A stretch of DNA of 64,000 nucleotides, from contig JAVRCV020000073.1 in assembly GCA_034530615.2 (NCBI GenBank), positions 96,001 to 160,000 on the forward strand, given 5' to 3'. Shown piece after piece: positions 1 through 11,233 of this stretch (within the stretch, counting starts at the first letter, position 1; every line of letters begins with the position of its first letter). A model generated the notes under the pieces. That model was not told the origin of the DNA and made no database searches. It saw only the letters and a program-made list of their open reading frames with translations. The position numbers and the translations under genes are program-made. This DNA is from Aulosira sp. ZfuVER01 (GTDB lineage Bacteria > Cyanobacteriota > Cyanobacteriia > Cyanobacteriales > Nostocaceae).

Positions 1-292
1 ATAACTGTTGAGCTATTTGCAGTTGAGTAGAGGTTAAGTTCCCTGTAGGTTGAAATTGCTTCACTACACATTGACGCATTCCGGGAATCCGGCGATCGCG
101 TGCTAAAAATGCTGCGCCAAACCCTCCCCTACCTAAAAGCTTAATTGGTACATATCGACCATCAAGCATTAAAGGCATTCCACAGGTAGTACAGTATTTT
201 TGCTGGGCTGTTTTCAGCGTCGTGTGATCATCTAAATCCGCAAAATAGTTTTGTGGACGCGGACAGCGTGGACGAGTGCAGTAGACTTCCAT
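1..292 (-). CDS. Ser/Thr protein kinase with N-terminal 4-Cys prefix (5' part only, runs off the window)
   Basis: Not in the ORF track. My translation from ATG at 292 gives MEVYCTRPRCPRPQNYF...YCTTCGMPLMLDGRYVPIKLLGRGGFGAAFLARDRRIPGMRQCVVKQFQP, with a 4-Cys prefix, Gly-rich loop GRGGFG and VVK lysine. Confidence 0.9.
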   Translation of the reverse strand, partial: MEVYCTRPRCPRPQNYFADLDDHTTLKTAQQKYCTTCGMPLMLDGRYVPIKLLGRGGFGAAFLARDRRIPGMRQCVVKQFQPTGNLTSTQLQIAQQL

Positions 293-303
293 TTTAGTTA
301 TTC

Positions 304-345
304 GTCAATAGTCCATAGTCAGTAGTCCATAGTCAGTAGTCCATC
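304..345. repeat. STRR-type heptamer tandem repeat
   Basis: (ATAGTCC/ATAGTCA/GTAGTCC)n. Confidence 0.75.
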
Positions 346-539
346 GTACAGTGAGGGCGTAAATAAATAACCCCTGTCCTGCAATTTTGGCGTTAGCTGT
401 TCTCTTAGACGCACAGAATCCGGCTGACAACAAGCAAGAGTAGAGTAAGCCGCCTTGCATCTGCAATACTAAGCAAAAGCTCAGAGTAAACCTCTGATTA
501 CATTTGACTACCGCATAGCAGTAATAGTCTTTTTAACCC

Positions 540-580
540 ATGACTCATGACTCATGACTAATGACTAATAACTAATGACA
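540..580. repeat. STRR-type heptamer tandem repeat
   Basis: ATGACTC ATGACTC ATGACTA ATGACTA ATAACTA ATGACA. Confidence 0.8.
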
Positions 581-584
581 GAGG

Positions 585-1598
585 TTAGCCTTCGTCAGTT
601 GAAACGGGCGACACTGCATCCAATGTATTTATCATTAAGTTTTTTTGCGATAGTTGTAACACATTGTGGTTCCATCCAGGGGTAGCAAATTGAGGCAAAA
701 TTTCTTGACTAAAAGCTTCTGCTGCCTTGGATCGATAACGATTCGGATTAAAAATCAGCCACAGTGTGCGTTTAACAACAACGCCTTCAATAGGAGCACA
801 GTGCAACACGCCCATTTGTAACTCTTTTGCAATGGCGGAAGTAGAAACAAAAGCTGCCCCTAAACCTGATTGCACGGCATTTTTAATTGCTTCTATGGAA
901 TTCAATTCCATTTCGACTTTAAAACGCCGTGTATCAATTTCACAGCGTGCTAGCACTTGGTCAATGACTTTGCGGATAGTCGATTGGGAATCTAAAGTAA
1001 TGAATTGTAATTTATAAAGGTCTTCTTTTTGGATAGTTCCAAGTTTGGAAAAGGGATGGAAGATCGGTAAAATCAGCACCAGCTCATCTTCAGCGTAGGG
1101 AAGAATTTCTAATGATTCTGCCAATTCACCGGGAATTTCGCCGCCGATGATGGCTAAATCCACCTGTCCGTTAGCGACACTCCAAGCTGTCCGGCGAGTT
1201 GAGTGGACGTGTAATTGCACCGCCACATCGGGATATTTTTGCCTAAACATACCGATCATTTTGGGCAACAAATAAGTGCCGGTGGTTTGAGAAGCGCCGA
1301 CAATCAAAGTGCCACCTTGGAGATTTTGTAAATCCTCAATAGCTCGGCAGGTTTCTTGACACAGACTGAGGATTTTCTCCCCATAACTCAGAAGTAGATG
1401 CCCAGCTTCAGTTAATTGTGCACGGCGTCCTCCACGGTCAAATAAAGGGACATCGAGCTGCCGTTCTAAGTTTTGCACTTGCAAGCTGACGGCAGGTTGG
1501 GAGACATAAAGACTATCAGCGGCGCGTTTGAAGCTCCCTTCTACGGCGATCGCTTTGAGAATACGTAACTGATCTAAAGTGAAAGGAAGGTCAGACAT
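585..1598 (-). CDS. rbcR: LysR-family regulator, Ycf30/RbcR type
   Basis: [46 protein letters not shown] typical of Ycf30. Confidence 0.88.
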   Translation of the reverse strand: MSDLPFTLDQLRILKAIAVEGSFKRAADSLYVSQPAVSLQVQNLERQLDVPLFDRGGRRAQLTEAGHLLLSYGEKILSLCQETCRAIEDLQNLQGGTLIVGASQTTGTYLLPKMIGMFRQKYPDVAVQLHVHSTRRTAWSVANGQVDLAIIGGEIPGELAESLEILPYAEDELVLILPIFHPFSKLGTIQKEDLYKLQFITLDSQSTIRKVIDQVLARCEIDTRRFKVEMELNSIEAIKNAVQSGLGAAFVSTSAIAKELQMGVLHCAPIEGVVVKRTLWLIFNPNRYRSKAAEAFSQEILPQFATPGWNHNVLQLSQKNLMINTLDAVSPVSTDEG

Positions 1599-1790
1599 AG
1601 GCTAAACCCACAAACAAGAAAGGAGCGGCTTTGGCAAGAAATCAGCATTTCAATGGCATCTTAAACTTGGAAGTTTGAGTCGGAAAAGACAGTAGCACAA
1701 CATCATTGACTAAAGTCCCTGTGTAAATACTTTGTGGTATTGGTTGTACTGAACTAAGTTTCCTTTAATTTACTTCACTTACGTATAAGT

Positions 1791-2507
1791 ATGATGCTGA
1801 TTTCTTGGTTAACCCCCAGTCATTTTGTCATATTGGGGCTACAGTTAGTTTTTGCGATCGCTCACAGTGGGGGAGCTGCCTTACGGCCTTGGGCAGAAAA
1901 ATACATTGGGCCAAGGCTTTATCGGATTTTATTTGCCTTAGTCAGCTTGCCCTTAGCTGTAATATTAATTATTTACTTTTTTAATCACCGTTATGATGGC
2001 TTGCAACTTTGGCAGGTGAAAGATGTACCTGGAGTGCAGATTTTAGTTTGGGTGCTGTCAGCGATTTCCTTTTTGTTTTTGTATCCTGCTACCTTCAATC
2101 TACTAGAAATTGCCGCTATTCAAAAGCCTCAGGTTCATCTTTACGAGACGGGAATTATTCGCATCACTCGTCATCCCCAAATGGTAGGACAAATAATTTG
2201 GTGTATTGCCCATACTCTTTGGCTAGGTACTACCTTTACGCTGATTACCTCAATTGGGTTAGTGTTGCATCATTTATTTGGGGTGTGGCACGGGGATCGC
2301 CGCCTGAGCCTACGCTATGGCGAAGCCTTTGAAAGTGTTAAACAGCGGACTTCAATTATTCCCTTTCGCGCAATTATCGCAGGTCGTCAATGTCTTAAAT
2401 GGTCAGAATTTCTGCGTCCTGCCTATTTAGGAGTTGCCATTTTTGTAGCTTTACTTTGGTGGTCGCACCCCCTGTTATTATCAGCAACTAGTAAGTTAAC
2501 ATGGTAG
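1791..2507 (+). CDS. NnrU-family membrane protein, probable 15-cis-zeta-carotene isomerase (Z-ISO)
   Basis: FAIAHSGGA and GIIRITRHPQMVG motifs; multiple TM helices. Confidence 0.8.
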   Translation: MMLISWLTPSHFVILGLQLVFAIAHSGGAALRPWAEKYIGPRLYRILFALVSLPLAVILIIYFFNHRYDGLQLWQVKDVPGVQILVWVLSAISFLFLYPATFNLLEIAAIQKPQVHLYETGIIRITRHPQMVGQIIWCIAHTLWLGTTFTLITSIGLVLHHLFGVWHGDRRLSLRYGEAFESVKQRTSIIPFRAIIAGRQCLKWSEFLRPAYLGVAIFVALLWWSHPLLLSATSKLTW

Positions 2508-2909
2508 CTTTAGGCGATCCCCAATATCATAAGATACTACTCAAATTGATGAAAATGACAACTTATCAATTGCTACCAAATCAATGTACGATAAATTCAA
2601 ATAGCTGTCAGTGGGGGTGTATGTAGTCAGTTTGAGATTTTATATTGGTAGTTGCTGGTAAATCAGTTTTCCTGGGAAATGAATAGCAGATTCAGCCTAA
2701 ATACCCAGGCAACAGTGGCTACCAAGAGTTGAACATCCAAAAAAGCCAGCGCGACATTCATGGTGGCTTTTTGGTCAGCGCCGCAATCAACGCAATCAAT
2801 TTTGTCTAACTATCTGTGCCCTGAGAGCGTCTATCGGCAGTAACTGGCTTGCCAACACTACCTGCTGATAGTTAGTTTGATATCAAAACCCTATAATTCT
2901 AGAGGCGTC

Positions 2910-3296
2910 ATGGTGTTGTCGGTTAGTGAGCGGACATTTACTCAAGAAGTTTTAGAATCTCCTATTCCAGTTTTAGTGAATTTTGAAGCACCTTGGTGTG
3001 GCTTGTGCCGCATTATCCACCCCCTGTTGTTGCAATTTCAAGCCCAATGCGGGGAGCAAATTAAATTAGTCGGGGTTAATGCTGACCAAAATTTCAAGCT
3101 GTCTAATACTTATCGACTAAAATCACTGCCAACTTTACTTTTAATTGAAAATGGCACCATCCAACATCGTCTTGAGGGTTTTCGTGGCAGAGACGATTTA
3201 CGTCTAGCTTTAGAAGAGATTAAAGCTAGCTACAGTCAGCGCTCTCAAACCTACAATAGCCCAAAAGCATTAGATTTAGGATGTCGCAAGGCATAA
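2910..3296 (+). CDS. trxC: Cyanobacterial atypical thioredoxin TrxC
   Basis: WCGLC active site; ATG at 2910 preferred over the track start at 2877. Confidence 0.85.
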   Translation: MVLSVSERTFTQEVLESPIPVLVNFEAPWCGLCRIIHPLLLQFQAQCGEQIKLVGVNADQNFKLSNTYRLKSLPTLLLIENGTIQHRLEGFRGRDDLRLALEEIKASYSQRSQTYNSPKALDLGCRKA

Positions 3297-3394
3297 AAAA
3301 GTCAAAAGTAAATACTTAAAATAGAGGATATTCACTCTTGACAATCGGTGATTAATTACCACCTTGGTAAAGCAAATATAAAACCAACCTTAAC

Positions 3395-3428
3395 GCCCCA
3401 CCCAATGACCTCCGGGTGGGGTATTTTA
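3395..3428 (+). terminator. Probable intrinsic terminator
   Basis: GCCCCACCC...GGGTGGGGT followed by a T-run. Confidence 0.55.
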
Positions 3429-3706
3429 TGCTAAAGGGTGTGTGTCACAATTATTAACAGTTCGACCTAGACAGTTGCCTGATGACGCACAGTTGACCGC
3501 AACGGAGATTGCTTTAAAGTTATGATGCGAAGATCGCAGTCGTCTTGGCCCTGAAAAATGCCACTTGCTACCCTGAGGGTTGTCGAAGAGAGTACAATTC
3601 TGGCGATCGCAGACAGTGTCTACAAACTTTTCTCTCCGTCCCAGTCTACTCAAGACCGTCGGCAGCGCTGTCCTAACTTAGTCAAGAATCATAAAAGTAA
3701 GCGTCA

Positions 3707-5809
3707 GTGATGGAAGTAATCTATCAATATGCCTGGCTGATTCCTGTATTGCCTCTTTTCGGGGCAATGCTGGTCGGTCTAGGATTAATTTCGATAAATC
3801 AGGTGACAAACCGCCTACGACAGCTGAACGCTGTAGTAATTATCTCCCTAATGGGAGCAGCGATGGGGCTGTCGTTTGCCTTGCTGTGGAGCCAAATTCA
3901 AGGACATCCAACTTATATCCGTACCCTAGAATGGGCAGCAGCAGGCAATTTTCACCTGAGTATGGGCTACACAATTGACCACTTAACAGCCTTGATGCTG
4001 GTAATTGTGACCACAGTAGCTTTCTTAGTCATGGTTTACACCGATGGCTACATGGCTCACGACCCCGGCTACGTCAGGTTTTACGCCTATCTCAGTTTGT
4101 TTGGCTCCTCAATGTTGGGTCTGGTAGTCAGCTCCAACCTAGTGCAGGTTTATATATTCTGGGAACTGGTGGGAATGTGTTCCTACTTGCTGGTCGGCTT
4201 TTGGTACGATCGCAAGTCAGCAGCAGATGCAGCCCAAAAAGCATTTGTCACCAACCGAGTGGGAGACTTCGGTTTATTACTCGGCATTTTGGGGCTATTC
4301 TGGGCGACAGGAAGCTTTGATTTTGGCGTCATGGGCGATCGCCTCGCTCAACTAGTACAATCGGGTTCTGTCAGCAATTTTCTGGCTGTCCTGTTGGCGA
4401 TTTTAGTCTTCCTCGGCCCGGTGGCAAAATCAGCCCAATTTCCTCTGCATGTGTGGCTACCAGATGCGATGGAAGGCCCCACCCCCATTTCTGCCTTGAT
4501 CCACGCCGCAACAATGGTGGCAGCTGGGGTGTTCCTGATTGCCCGGATGTACCCGGTTTTTGAACACGTCCCAGCAGCCATGAACGTAATTGCCTTTACG
4601 GGGGCATTTACAGCGTTTTTGGGGGCAACAATTGCTATTACCCAAAATGACATCAAAAAAGGTTTAGCTTACTCCACCATTTCCCAGTTGGGTTACATGG
4701 TGATGGCAATGGGAGTAGGTTCCTACAGTGCGGGATTGTTCCACCTCATGACCCACGCCTATTTCAAGGCAATGCTGTTCTTGGGTTCCGGTTCGGTGAT
4801 TCACGGTATGGAAGGAGTCGTTGGTCATGACCCCGTATTAGCCCAGGATATGCGGTTGATGGGGGGATTGCGCAAATATATGCCAATCACCGGGATTACC
4901 TTCTTGATTGGTTGCTTGGCAATTTCTGGTGTCCCACCCTTTGCCGGATTCTGGTCAAAAGATGAAATTTTGGGGAAAGCTTTTGAGGCTAATCCATTTC
5001 TCTGGATGATTGGCTGGCTAACGGCCGGAATTACCGCTTTCTATATGTTCAGAATGTATTTCATGACATTTGAAGGCAAATTCCGGGGTAAGGATGAAAA
5101 AATCAAAGACAAGCTCAAGAAAGCAGCGACCATTATCCTGGAATTAGAGTCAGCAGAACCAGCCCCGACTTTTGGCCCCGGGGCTATGAAAAAAGGCGAA
5201 TTGGCTGCTACTAGCGGACATCATGGTTCCCACGACTCCCACGGGCATCACAGCGATACTCCCCACGAGTCACCGTGGACGATGACCCTACCATTGGCAC
5301 TTTTAGCCGTGCCTTCCATTTTGATTGGTTTGGTAGGCACACCCTACGCCAACTACTTTGAGGAATTCATCTTCCCACCCTCAGAAACCCTAGCTGAAGT
5401 TGTAGAAAAAGCCGCCGAGTTCAACCCGACGGAATTTTACGTTATGGCGGGGGCTTCCGTAGGCATTTCTTTGATTGGGATTACCTTGGCTTCCTTGATG
5501 TATTTGCGCGGTAAAATCGACCCAGCTGCGATCGCGGAAAAAATCAAACCGCTTTATCAGCTGTCTCTCAACAAATGGTACTTTGATGACATTTACCATC
5601 GTGTCTTCGTCATGGGCTTGCGTCGCCTAGCTAGACAAGTCATGGAAGTTGATTTCCGGGTTGTCGATGGTGCTGTTAACCTCACAGGCTTTTTCACCCT
5701 TGTGAGTGGCGAAGGGCTGAAATACCTAGAAAACGGTCGCGCTCAATTCTATGCCTTGATTATCTTTGGGGCAGTTTTGGGCTTGGTGATTGTCTTTGGT
5801 ATTACCTAA
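3707..5809 (+). CDS. ndhF: NDH-1 subunit 5 (NdhF1)
   Basis: KSAQFPLHVWLPDAMEGPTPISALIHAATMVAAG, THAYFKAMLFL, His-rich loop. Confidence 0.97.
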   Translation: MMEVIYQYAWLIPVLPLFGAMLVGLGLISINQVTNRLRQLNAVVIISLMGAAMGLSFALLWSQIQGHPTYIRTLEWAAAGNFHLSMGYTIDHLTALMLVIVTTVAFLVMVYTDGYMAHDPGYVRFYAYLSLFGSSMLGLVVSSNLVQVYIFWELVGMCSYLLVGFWYDRKSAADAAQKAFVTNRVGDFGLLLGILGLFWATGSFDFGVMGDRLAQLVQSGSVSNFLAVLLAILVFLGPVAKSAQFPLHVWLPDAMEGPTPISALIHAATMVAAGVFLIARMYPVFEHVPAAMNVIAFTGAFTAFLGATIAITQNDIKKGLAYSTISQLGYMVMAMGVGSYSAGLFHLMTHAYFKAMLFLGSGSVIHGMEGVVGHDPVLAQDMRLMGGLRKYMPITGITFLIGCLAISGVPPFAGFWSKDEILGKAFEANPFLWMIGWLTAGITAFYMFRMYFMTFEGKFRGKDEKIKDKLKKAATIILELESAEPAPTFGPGAMKKGELAATSGHHGSHDSHGHHSDTPHESPWTMTLPLALLAVPSILIGLVGTPYANYFEEFIFPPSETLAEVVEKAAEFNPTEFYVMAGASVGISLIGITLASLMYLRGKIDPAAIAEKIKPLYQLSLNKWYFDDIYHRVFVMGLRRLARQVMEVDFRVVDGAVNLTGFFTLVSGEGLKYLENGRAQFYALIIFGAVLGLVIVFGIT

Positions 5810-6072
5810 GTTCAGTTCTGAGTCCTGAGTTTTGAGTAGTAAGAGAATTTGGAGTCAATACTCCTGTTGTGAGCAATCACTTCTGATAGCTCAGTGTTTA
5901 GCGAACAGTCAAATAATATCTTTGATTGAGATGAAGGCAGGCTGATACATTTACCTACCTTCATCTTTCTTCATTTTTGTTAAATCAACCTAATAAGGGA
6001 GGCCAAATCCCAAAAAAGCTGCTACTTAATAGCTAGTGACTTTTTGCCAAAAATGATTTTGATTGCAGGCGA

Positions 6073-7653
6073 ATGGCGATGAATACAGCTAACTTCCCGT
6101 GGCTGACGACGATTATCTTGTTACCGATAGTCGCGTCGCTACTGATTCCTATCATCCCAGATAAAGACGGCAAAACAGTGCGCTGGTATGCCTTGGTTGT
6201 GGGATTGATTGATTTTGCACTGATTGTTTACGCTTTTTATACTGGGTATGATTTCTCCAATCCCGATTTGCAGTTGGTGGAGAGTTACCCTTGGGTTCCG
6301 CAATTGGATTTGAAATGGTCAGTAGGGGCGGATGGCTTATCTATGCCCCTAATTATTTTGACTGGATTCATTACCACCCTGGCGGCCTTAGCAGCTTGGC
6401 CTGTGACACTCAAACCCAGGCTATTTTACTTTTTGCTCTTGGCGATGTATGGCGGTCAAATTGCCGTGTTCGCCGTCCAGGATATGCTGTTGTTTTTCCT
6501 AGTGTGGGAACTGGAATTGATTCCGGTTTACCTGTTGCTGGCGATTTGGGGCGGTAAAAAGCGGCAATATGCAGCGACCAAGTTTATTTTGTACACCGCA
6601 GGCGGTTCGCTGTTTATTTTGTTAGGCGCTTTGACAATGGCCTTTTATGGCGATACAGTCACCTTTGATATGCGATCGCTCGGACTCAAAGACTACGCCC
6701 TAAATTTCCAACTTTTACTTTATGGTGGCTTCCTGATTGCCTACGCCGTCAAGTTGCCCATCATTCCCTTGCACACTTGGCTACCAGATGCCCACGGTGA
6801 AGCTACAGCCCCCGTACACATGTTATTGGCTGGTATTCTGCTGAAAATGGGCGGTTACGCCTTAATTCGGATGAATGCTCAAATGTTACCCGATGCCCAT
6901 GCTTATTTTGCACCAGTGTTGGTGATTTTGGGGGTAGTAAATATCATCTACGCTGCCTTAACATCCTTTGCCCAGCGTAACCTGAAGCGGAAAATTGCCT
7001 ACTCCTCAATTTCGCACATGGGCTTTGTCACCATTGGTATTGCCTCCTTTACAGATTTGGGATTAAGTGGGGCAGTATTGCAAATGGTTTCCCACGGGTT
7101 GATTGGGGCAAGTTTATTCTTCCTGGTTGGTGCAACTTATGACCGGACACACACCCTGATGTTGGATGAAATGGGTGGTGTCGGTAAGAGAATGCAGAAA
7201 ATTTTTGCTATGTTTACCGCCTGTTCAATGGCTTCTTTAGCTTTGCCAGGAATGAGTGGTTTTGTAGCAGAATTAATGGTGTTTGTAGGCTTTGCTACCA
7301 GCGATGCATATAGCTCCACATTTAAAGTCATCGTGGTATTTTTGATGGCAGTTGGGGTAATTTTAACTCCAATTTATTTGCTATCAATGTTACGGGAAAT
7401 TTTCTACGGTCAAGAGAACGAAGAATTAGTTTCTCACCAAGCGCTGATAGATGCAGAACCCCGTGAGGTATTTATCATCGCCTGTTTGTTAGTGCCAATT
7501 ATTGGTATTGGTTTCTATCCCAAGCTGCTAACTCAGATGTATGACTCTACAACAGTACAGTTAACAGCACGATTGCGTGATTCAGTGCCAACATTAGCAC
7601 AGCAGAAAGAAGTACCAAAGGTTTCTTTAGTTGCGCCGGATATTGGCAATTAG
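6073..7653 (+). CDS. ndhD: NDH-1 subunit 4 (NdhD1)
   Basis: [35 protein letters not shown]. Confidence 0.97.
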   Translation: MAMNTANFPWLTTIILLPIVASLLIPIIPDKDGKTVRWYALVVGLIDFALIVYAFYTGYDFSNPDLQLVESYPWVPQLDLKWSVGADGLSMPLIILTGFITTLAALAAWPVTLKPRLFYFLLLAMYGGQIAVFAVQDMLLFFLVWELELIPVYLLLAIWGGKKRQYAATKFILYTAGGSLFILLGALTMAFYGDTVTFDMRSLGLKDYALNFQLLLYGGFLIAYAVKLPIIPLHTWLPDAHGEATAPVHMLLAGILLKMGGYALIRMNAQMLPDAHAYFAPVLVILGVVNIIYAALTSFAQRNLKRKIAYSSISHMGFVTIGIASFTDLGLSGAVLQMVSHGLIGASLFFLVGATYDRTHTLMLDEMGGVGKRMQKIFAMFTACSMASLALPGMSGFVAELMVFVGFATSDAYSSTFKVIVVFLMAVGVILTPIYLLSMLREIFYGQENEELVSHQALIDAEPREVFIIACLLVPIIGIGFYPKLLTQMYDSTTVQLTARLRDSVPTLAQQKEVPKVSLVAPDIGN

Positions 7654-7690
7654 GTGAAGATTGATAGTTGATATTACTATTGATTAGAGG

Positions 7691-7714
7691 GCGGGTATAA
7701 AACCCGCTTTTTTT
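7691..7714 (+). terminator. Intrinsic terminator after ndhD
   Basis: GCGGGT-ataaa-ACCCGC followed by a T-run. Confidence 0.75.
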
Positions 7715-7959
7715 GTTTGAATTTCCAGAATTTTACCAACATCACCGATAAAAAGTTGACTCAATAGTTTATATACTGAATTGGCTGTATGACATTTGAC
7801 CATATTTTTATAAAATTAGATATTGCTGCTATCTAGCTTAATTTTATCTAAAACCTCAGTATTACTTGAGTATCAAAAACAGAACTGCGGACTATATTCA
7901 TATCTCACTTCAATTCCTTTCCTATAATCTATCTAGAGTCAGCATTTGGCATACTGCTC

Positions 7960-8670
7960 ATGTTAAACTACAACCCGTTGCACTGTTTGCCATCTTCCGA
8001 AGAGCTACCTAACTCTGATGACACCCCTGTGGATAATCAACTACAACATCTCATCCCTGCTTTGCTCGAAAGTACACTAGCTCTGATTTGGTCAGAGCAT
8101 TGGAATTGGTTCTTTGGTGTGAATATGGGTATTTATTATGATGCCAATGAGCCAGCTCTTGTCCCTGATGGCTTTCTCAGTTTGGGAGTGAAGCGCTTCG
8201 TTGATGAATACTTACGCTTGAGTTATGTGCTATGGGAAGAAAACGAGTTACCAATTTTGTTACTAGAAGTTATTTCTCAAATACATCGGGGAGAATACAG
8301 TAGTAAAAAAGAATTGTATGCCAAAAAGCTAGGGATTTTATACTATGTTATCTACAATCCTCTCCGCCGCAAAAAGCCGCATTTGGAAGTATATCGCCTT
8401 GTCGATGGTGAATATTTACTCATGTCGGGCAGTCCTGTTTGGCTACCAGAAATTGGGTTAGGAATTGGGCGAGAACGGGGAATTTATCAAGGTATTGCCC
8501 GGGAGTGGTTGTACTGGTACGACGAAGAAGGGCAAAGGTTGCTCACGCCAGAAGAACGCATTCAGGAAGTGGAAGAACGAGTTAATTTTGAAGAACAGCG
8601 ACGAGTGGCTGCGGAAAACCGGGCGCGAATATTGGAAGAAAGGTTAAAGGATTTGGGTGTAGAGCCTTAG
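7960..8670 (+). CDS. Uma2 (DUF820) PD-(D/E)XK-fold endonuclease
   Basis: SDDTPVDN, VPDGF, LEVIS, LGILYY, C-terminal LTPEE coiled coil. Confidence 0.88.
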   Translation: MLNYNPLHCLPSSEELPNSDDTPVDNQLQHLIPALLESTLALIWSEHWNWFFGVNMGIYYDANEPALVPDGFLSLGVKRFVDEYLRLSYVLWEENELPILLLEVISQIHRGEYSSKKELYAKKLGILYYVIYNPLRRKKPHLEVYRLVDGEYLLMSGSPVWLPEIGLGIGRERGIYQGIAREWLYWYDEEGQRLLTPEERIQEVEERVNFEEQRRVAAENRARILEERLKDLGVEP

Positions 8671-8796
8671 CTGCATTCATGTTAATTTGCCTGATGGTTA
8701 GGGAATTATATTTGTAAAGGAAATAATCACTTGGCGGCACAATGAATTAGAAATTGTTGCTGAATTAATCTATTTACAAAAACCATCATCAAGAAT

Positions 8797-9492
8797 ATGA
8801 AAGTTAAATTAGGGTTCGGCTCTATCCCCAAACCTCAATATGTATTTGTCAGCAGAGAAAATGATTACTGTTGGTATATGCTCACTGAAGATAAAAAACA
8901 TATTCCAATTTATGAAAAAGCTTTGACTGGAGTAGTTACAGGGATAGAAGTTAATAAAAAGATTGAAACATCTTTTGGAGAAACTGAAAAAACTGATTTA
9001 TATGTTTTTGCAGACAAACCTTATATTGTCCGTTCGGGAAGCGACTCTTATTTTTCTAAAAGTTTATTGTTATCTTTAGATGCTCTTACTTCTGAACAAC
9101 TGCATCATCCACTGACAATCGCTGTTAGCCCTGGAGATAGAACAGTAGTATTTTGTAATATTTACGATCCTGTAACTTATCGCTCTGTAGGTGTAAGTTG
9201 GGATGGACATCGAGAAATTAACTGGCAATCTTTAGGGCAAAAAGTTAGTTTAAAAATTAATGGAAATATTAATTCAAAGCAAGAACAAATACAATCATCT
9301 AGCAATACGCCTCAATCTGAACTTCATGCAGTTTTAATAGCGCAAACAGATACATATTTAGCACAATTAAATTGGTCTCCAGAGCAAGGAAGAGAGTATT
9401 TACAGCAGAAATATGGTAGGCGATCGCGTCATCATCTCTCTGATACAGAATTGCTGGATTTTCTTGATTTTCTCAAACTACAACTAACCTAA
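8797..9492 (+). CDS. Hypothetical protein with small C-terminal helical domain
   Basis: 231-aa ORF ending LNWSPEQGREYLQQKYGRRSRHHLSDTELLDFL. Confidence 0.75.
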   Translation: MKVKLGFGSIPKPQYVFVSRENDYCWYMLTEDKKHIPIYEKALTGVVTGIEVNKKIETSFGETEKTDLYVFADKPYIVRSGSDSYFSKSLLLSLDALTSEQLHHPLTIAVSPGDRTVVFCNIYDPVTYRSVGVSWDGHREINWQSLGQKVSLKINGNINSKQEQIQSSSNTPQSELHAVLIAQTDTYLAQLNWSPEQGREYLQQKYGRRSRHHLSDTELLDFLDFLKLQLT

Positions 9493-9520
9493 ACAATAGC
9501 TTTCAGTTCCATAGATTGTC

Positions 9521-9548
9521 GTAAACGGCGGGGTTTCCCCGCCCCTAC
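9521..9548. repeat. REP-like palindrome ending in CTAC
   Basis: GGCGGGG-ttt-CCCCGCC-CCTAC. Confidence 0.6.
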
Positions 9549-9782
9549 AAATGTCTTTTACCTTATTTTCCAAATTCTGCGATCGCTCTTTTTTAGCTTA
9601 TCTGATGATGTGTAGGCGATCGCTCATCATCGACTTGCATTTCAGATAATCTCAAATTTCTGCGTACTGAATGTTGATTAGCTGCTTACTGAGGGAAATA
9701 TAAGTATAGGTTTATGCTTAATTTTCGTCTTTAACCCGTAGAGGCATATTAACCAAATAATAATCATAGTCAGGAGTATTTC

Positions 9783-10754
9783 ATGATTCCACTTATCTTG
9801 GGTGCTGTTGCTATAGCTAGCGCTGTTCTTGGTGTTGGTGCAGGCGCAGTAGGAGTTGCTGAGATGAATGAGGCACAAGAAATTGGTAACCGCGCCCAAA
9901 AGCGTCATGAGGATGCTGTCAGACATTTAAAAGCAGATTGGGAAGCAACTAACGAACTGGCAGGAGAGTATGGTGAATTCCAGCTTGATGTAATGATGCG
10001 TACAATTGGTCGCTTTGTTGATTTTATTGAACGAAACATTGGTAAAGCAAAACAAAGTGAGAAGGAGTTTTTGGAGGGTTTGGATGGAATTTCAGTTCAG
10101 CAGATTAAAGAATATAAAACTGCTGCTATCGAAGCTGAACAGTTTTTTCAAGGTGGTGCTAAGGCGATTGGCGCAGCAACAGCAGGATACGGTGGTGCAA
10201 TGGGTTTTGCTACATCTGTAGGAGTAGCAAGTACTGGAACACTTATCGGAGGACTAAGTGGTGCAGCAGCCTGGAATGCAACTCTAGCATGGCTGGGCGG
10301 TGGTTCATTAGCTGTTGGTGGCGGCGGTATGGCGCTTGGTTCTCTTGTGCTAGGAGGTATTACTGTTGGTCCTGCTGTCCTAATTGGAGGTTTTGTGATT
10401 GCTGGTGAAGGCGAGAAAGCATTAACAAAAGCGCGAGAGTACGACGCTGAAGTCAACATTGCAATTACCAAAATTGAATCAGCTAAAGACTTTATACAAC
10501 AGGTGAAACGACGGATTACCGAATTAATGGATTTAGTTAAATCTCTCAACGACGTTGCTGTTATCGGCCTGAACGAACTTGACTCCTTGGCATCATTCGA
10601 TAAAAACAGGAATGCTAGTCAATTTCAACAAGTTGCACTTCTGGTGAAGGCACTAGCAGAAATCATGAAAACTCCAGTATTGGATGGTGAAGGAAAGTTG
10701 AATCCAATTACTGCAAATATCTATGCCAAGTATCATAAGCTGGGAGTGAATTAA
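9783..10754 (+). CDS. Hypothetical coiled-coil protein with Gly/Ala-rich hydrophobic segment
   Basis: AGGAG RBS; hydrophobic N-terminus; long GxxxG-rich central region between helical arms. Confidence 0.85.
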   Translation: MIPLILGAVAIASAVLGVGAGAVGVAEMNEAQEIGNRAQKRHEDAVRHLKADWEATNELAGEYGEFQLDVMMRTIGRFVDFIERNIGKAKQSEKEFLEGLDGISVQQIKEYKTAAIEAEQFFQGGAKAIGAATAGYGGAMGFATSVGVASTGTLIGGLSGAAAWNATLAWLGGGSLAVGGGGMALGSLVLGGITVGPAVLIGGFVIAGEGEKALTKAREYDAEVNIAITKIESAKDFIQQVKRRITELMDLVKSLNDVAVIGLNELDSLASFDKNRNASQFQQVALLVKALAEIMKTPVLDGEGKLNPITANIYAKYHKLGVN

Positions 10755-10756
10755 AA

Positions 10757-11164
10757 ATGTCAGTAAATAAAGTCGCCAAAGTAGGCATTAAAGAAGTTAT
10801 CAATCCTGCGGAATGCTTACAGCAAATGGTTTCAGCTTACACCGATTACCTAAAAACTGCGGAACAAGAACAGACAAAGAGACGAGAGATTGATGCTTGG
10901 GAAAAAGCAACAATTACCAAAATTAACGCCCAGAGAGACTTGCTAATGGCATATCTGGATCGCTCTTTTGATGAACGTGCAGAAAACTTTCGTGCTTTGT
11001 TTGCTGTGGTTGATAGTGCGATCGCATCTGGAAATAATGAACAACTAGCGCTTACCTTAAATTCAATTACAGAAATAGCTAAATCAAGCCCATTCAAAAA
11101 CCTTGCCAACTTAGCTGCTGTCCGCGCTGCTCTTAACGAGCCAAACCACGAGTGGACATTTTGA
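10757..11164 (+). CDS. Hypothetical helical protein, partner of the upstream gene
   Basis: Starts 2 nt after the upstream stop; 135 aa, mainly helical. Confidence 0.8.
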   Translation: MSVNKVAKVGIKEVINPAECLQQMVSAYTDYLKTAEQEQTKRREIDAWEKATITKINAQRDLLMAYLDRSFDERAENFRALFAVVDSAIASGNNEQLALTLNSITEIAKSSPFKNLANLAAVRAALNEPNHEWTF

Positions 11165-11233
11165 TTTTATAGCAGAGCGATCGCCTTCCTAAAACTCTAA
11201 AAGCCTGTATAAGCAGGCTTCTTTTTGTAGATA

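Noticed and set aside
2735..2775. Hairpin upstream of trxC as a possible ncRNA
   Set aside because: A single stem with no recognisable family features; insufficient support
5215..5270. His-rich loop in NdhF
   Set aside because: Common in cyanobacterial NdhF1
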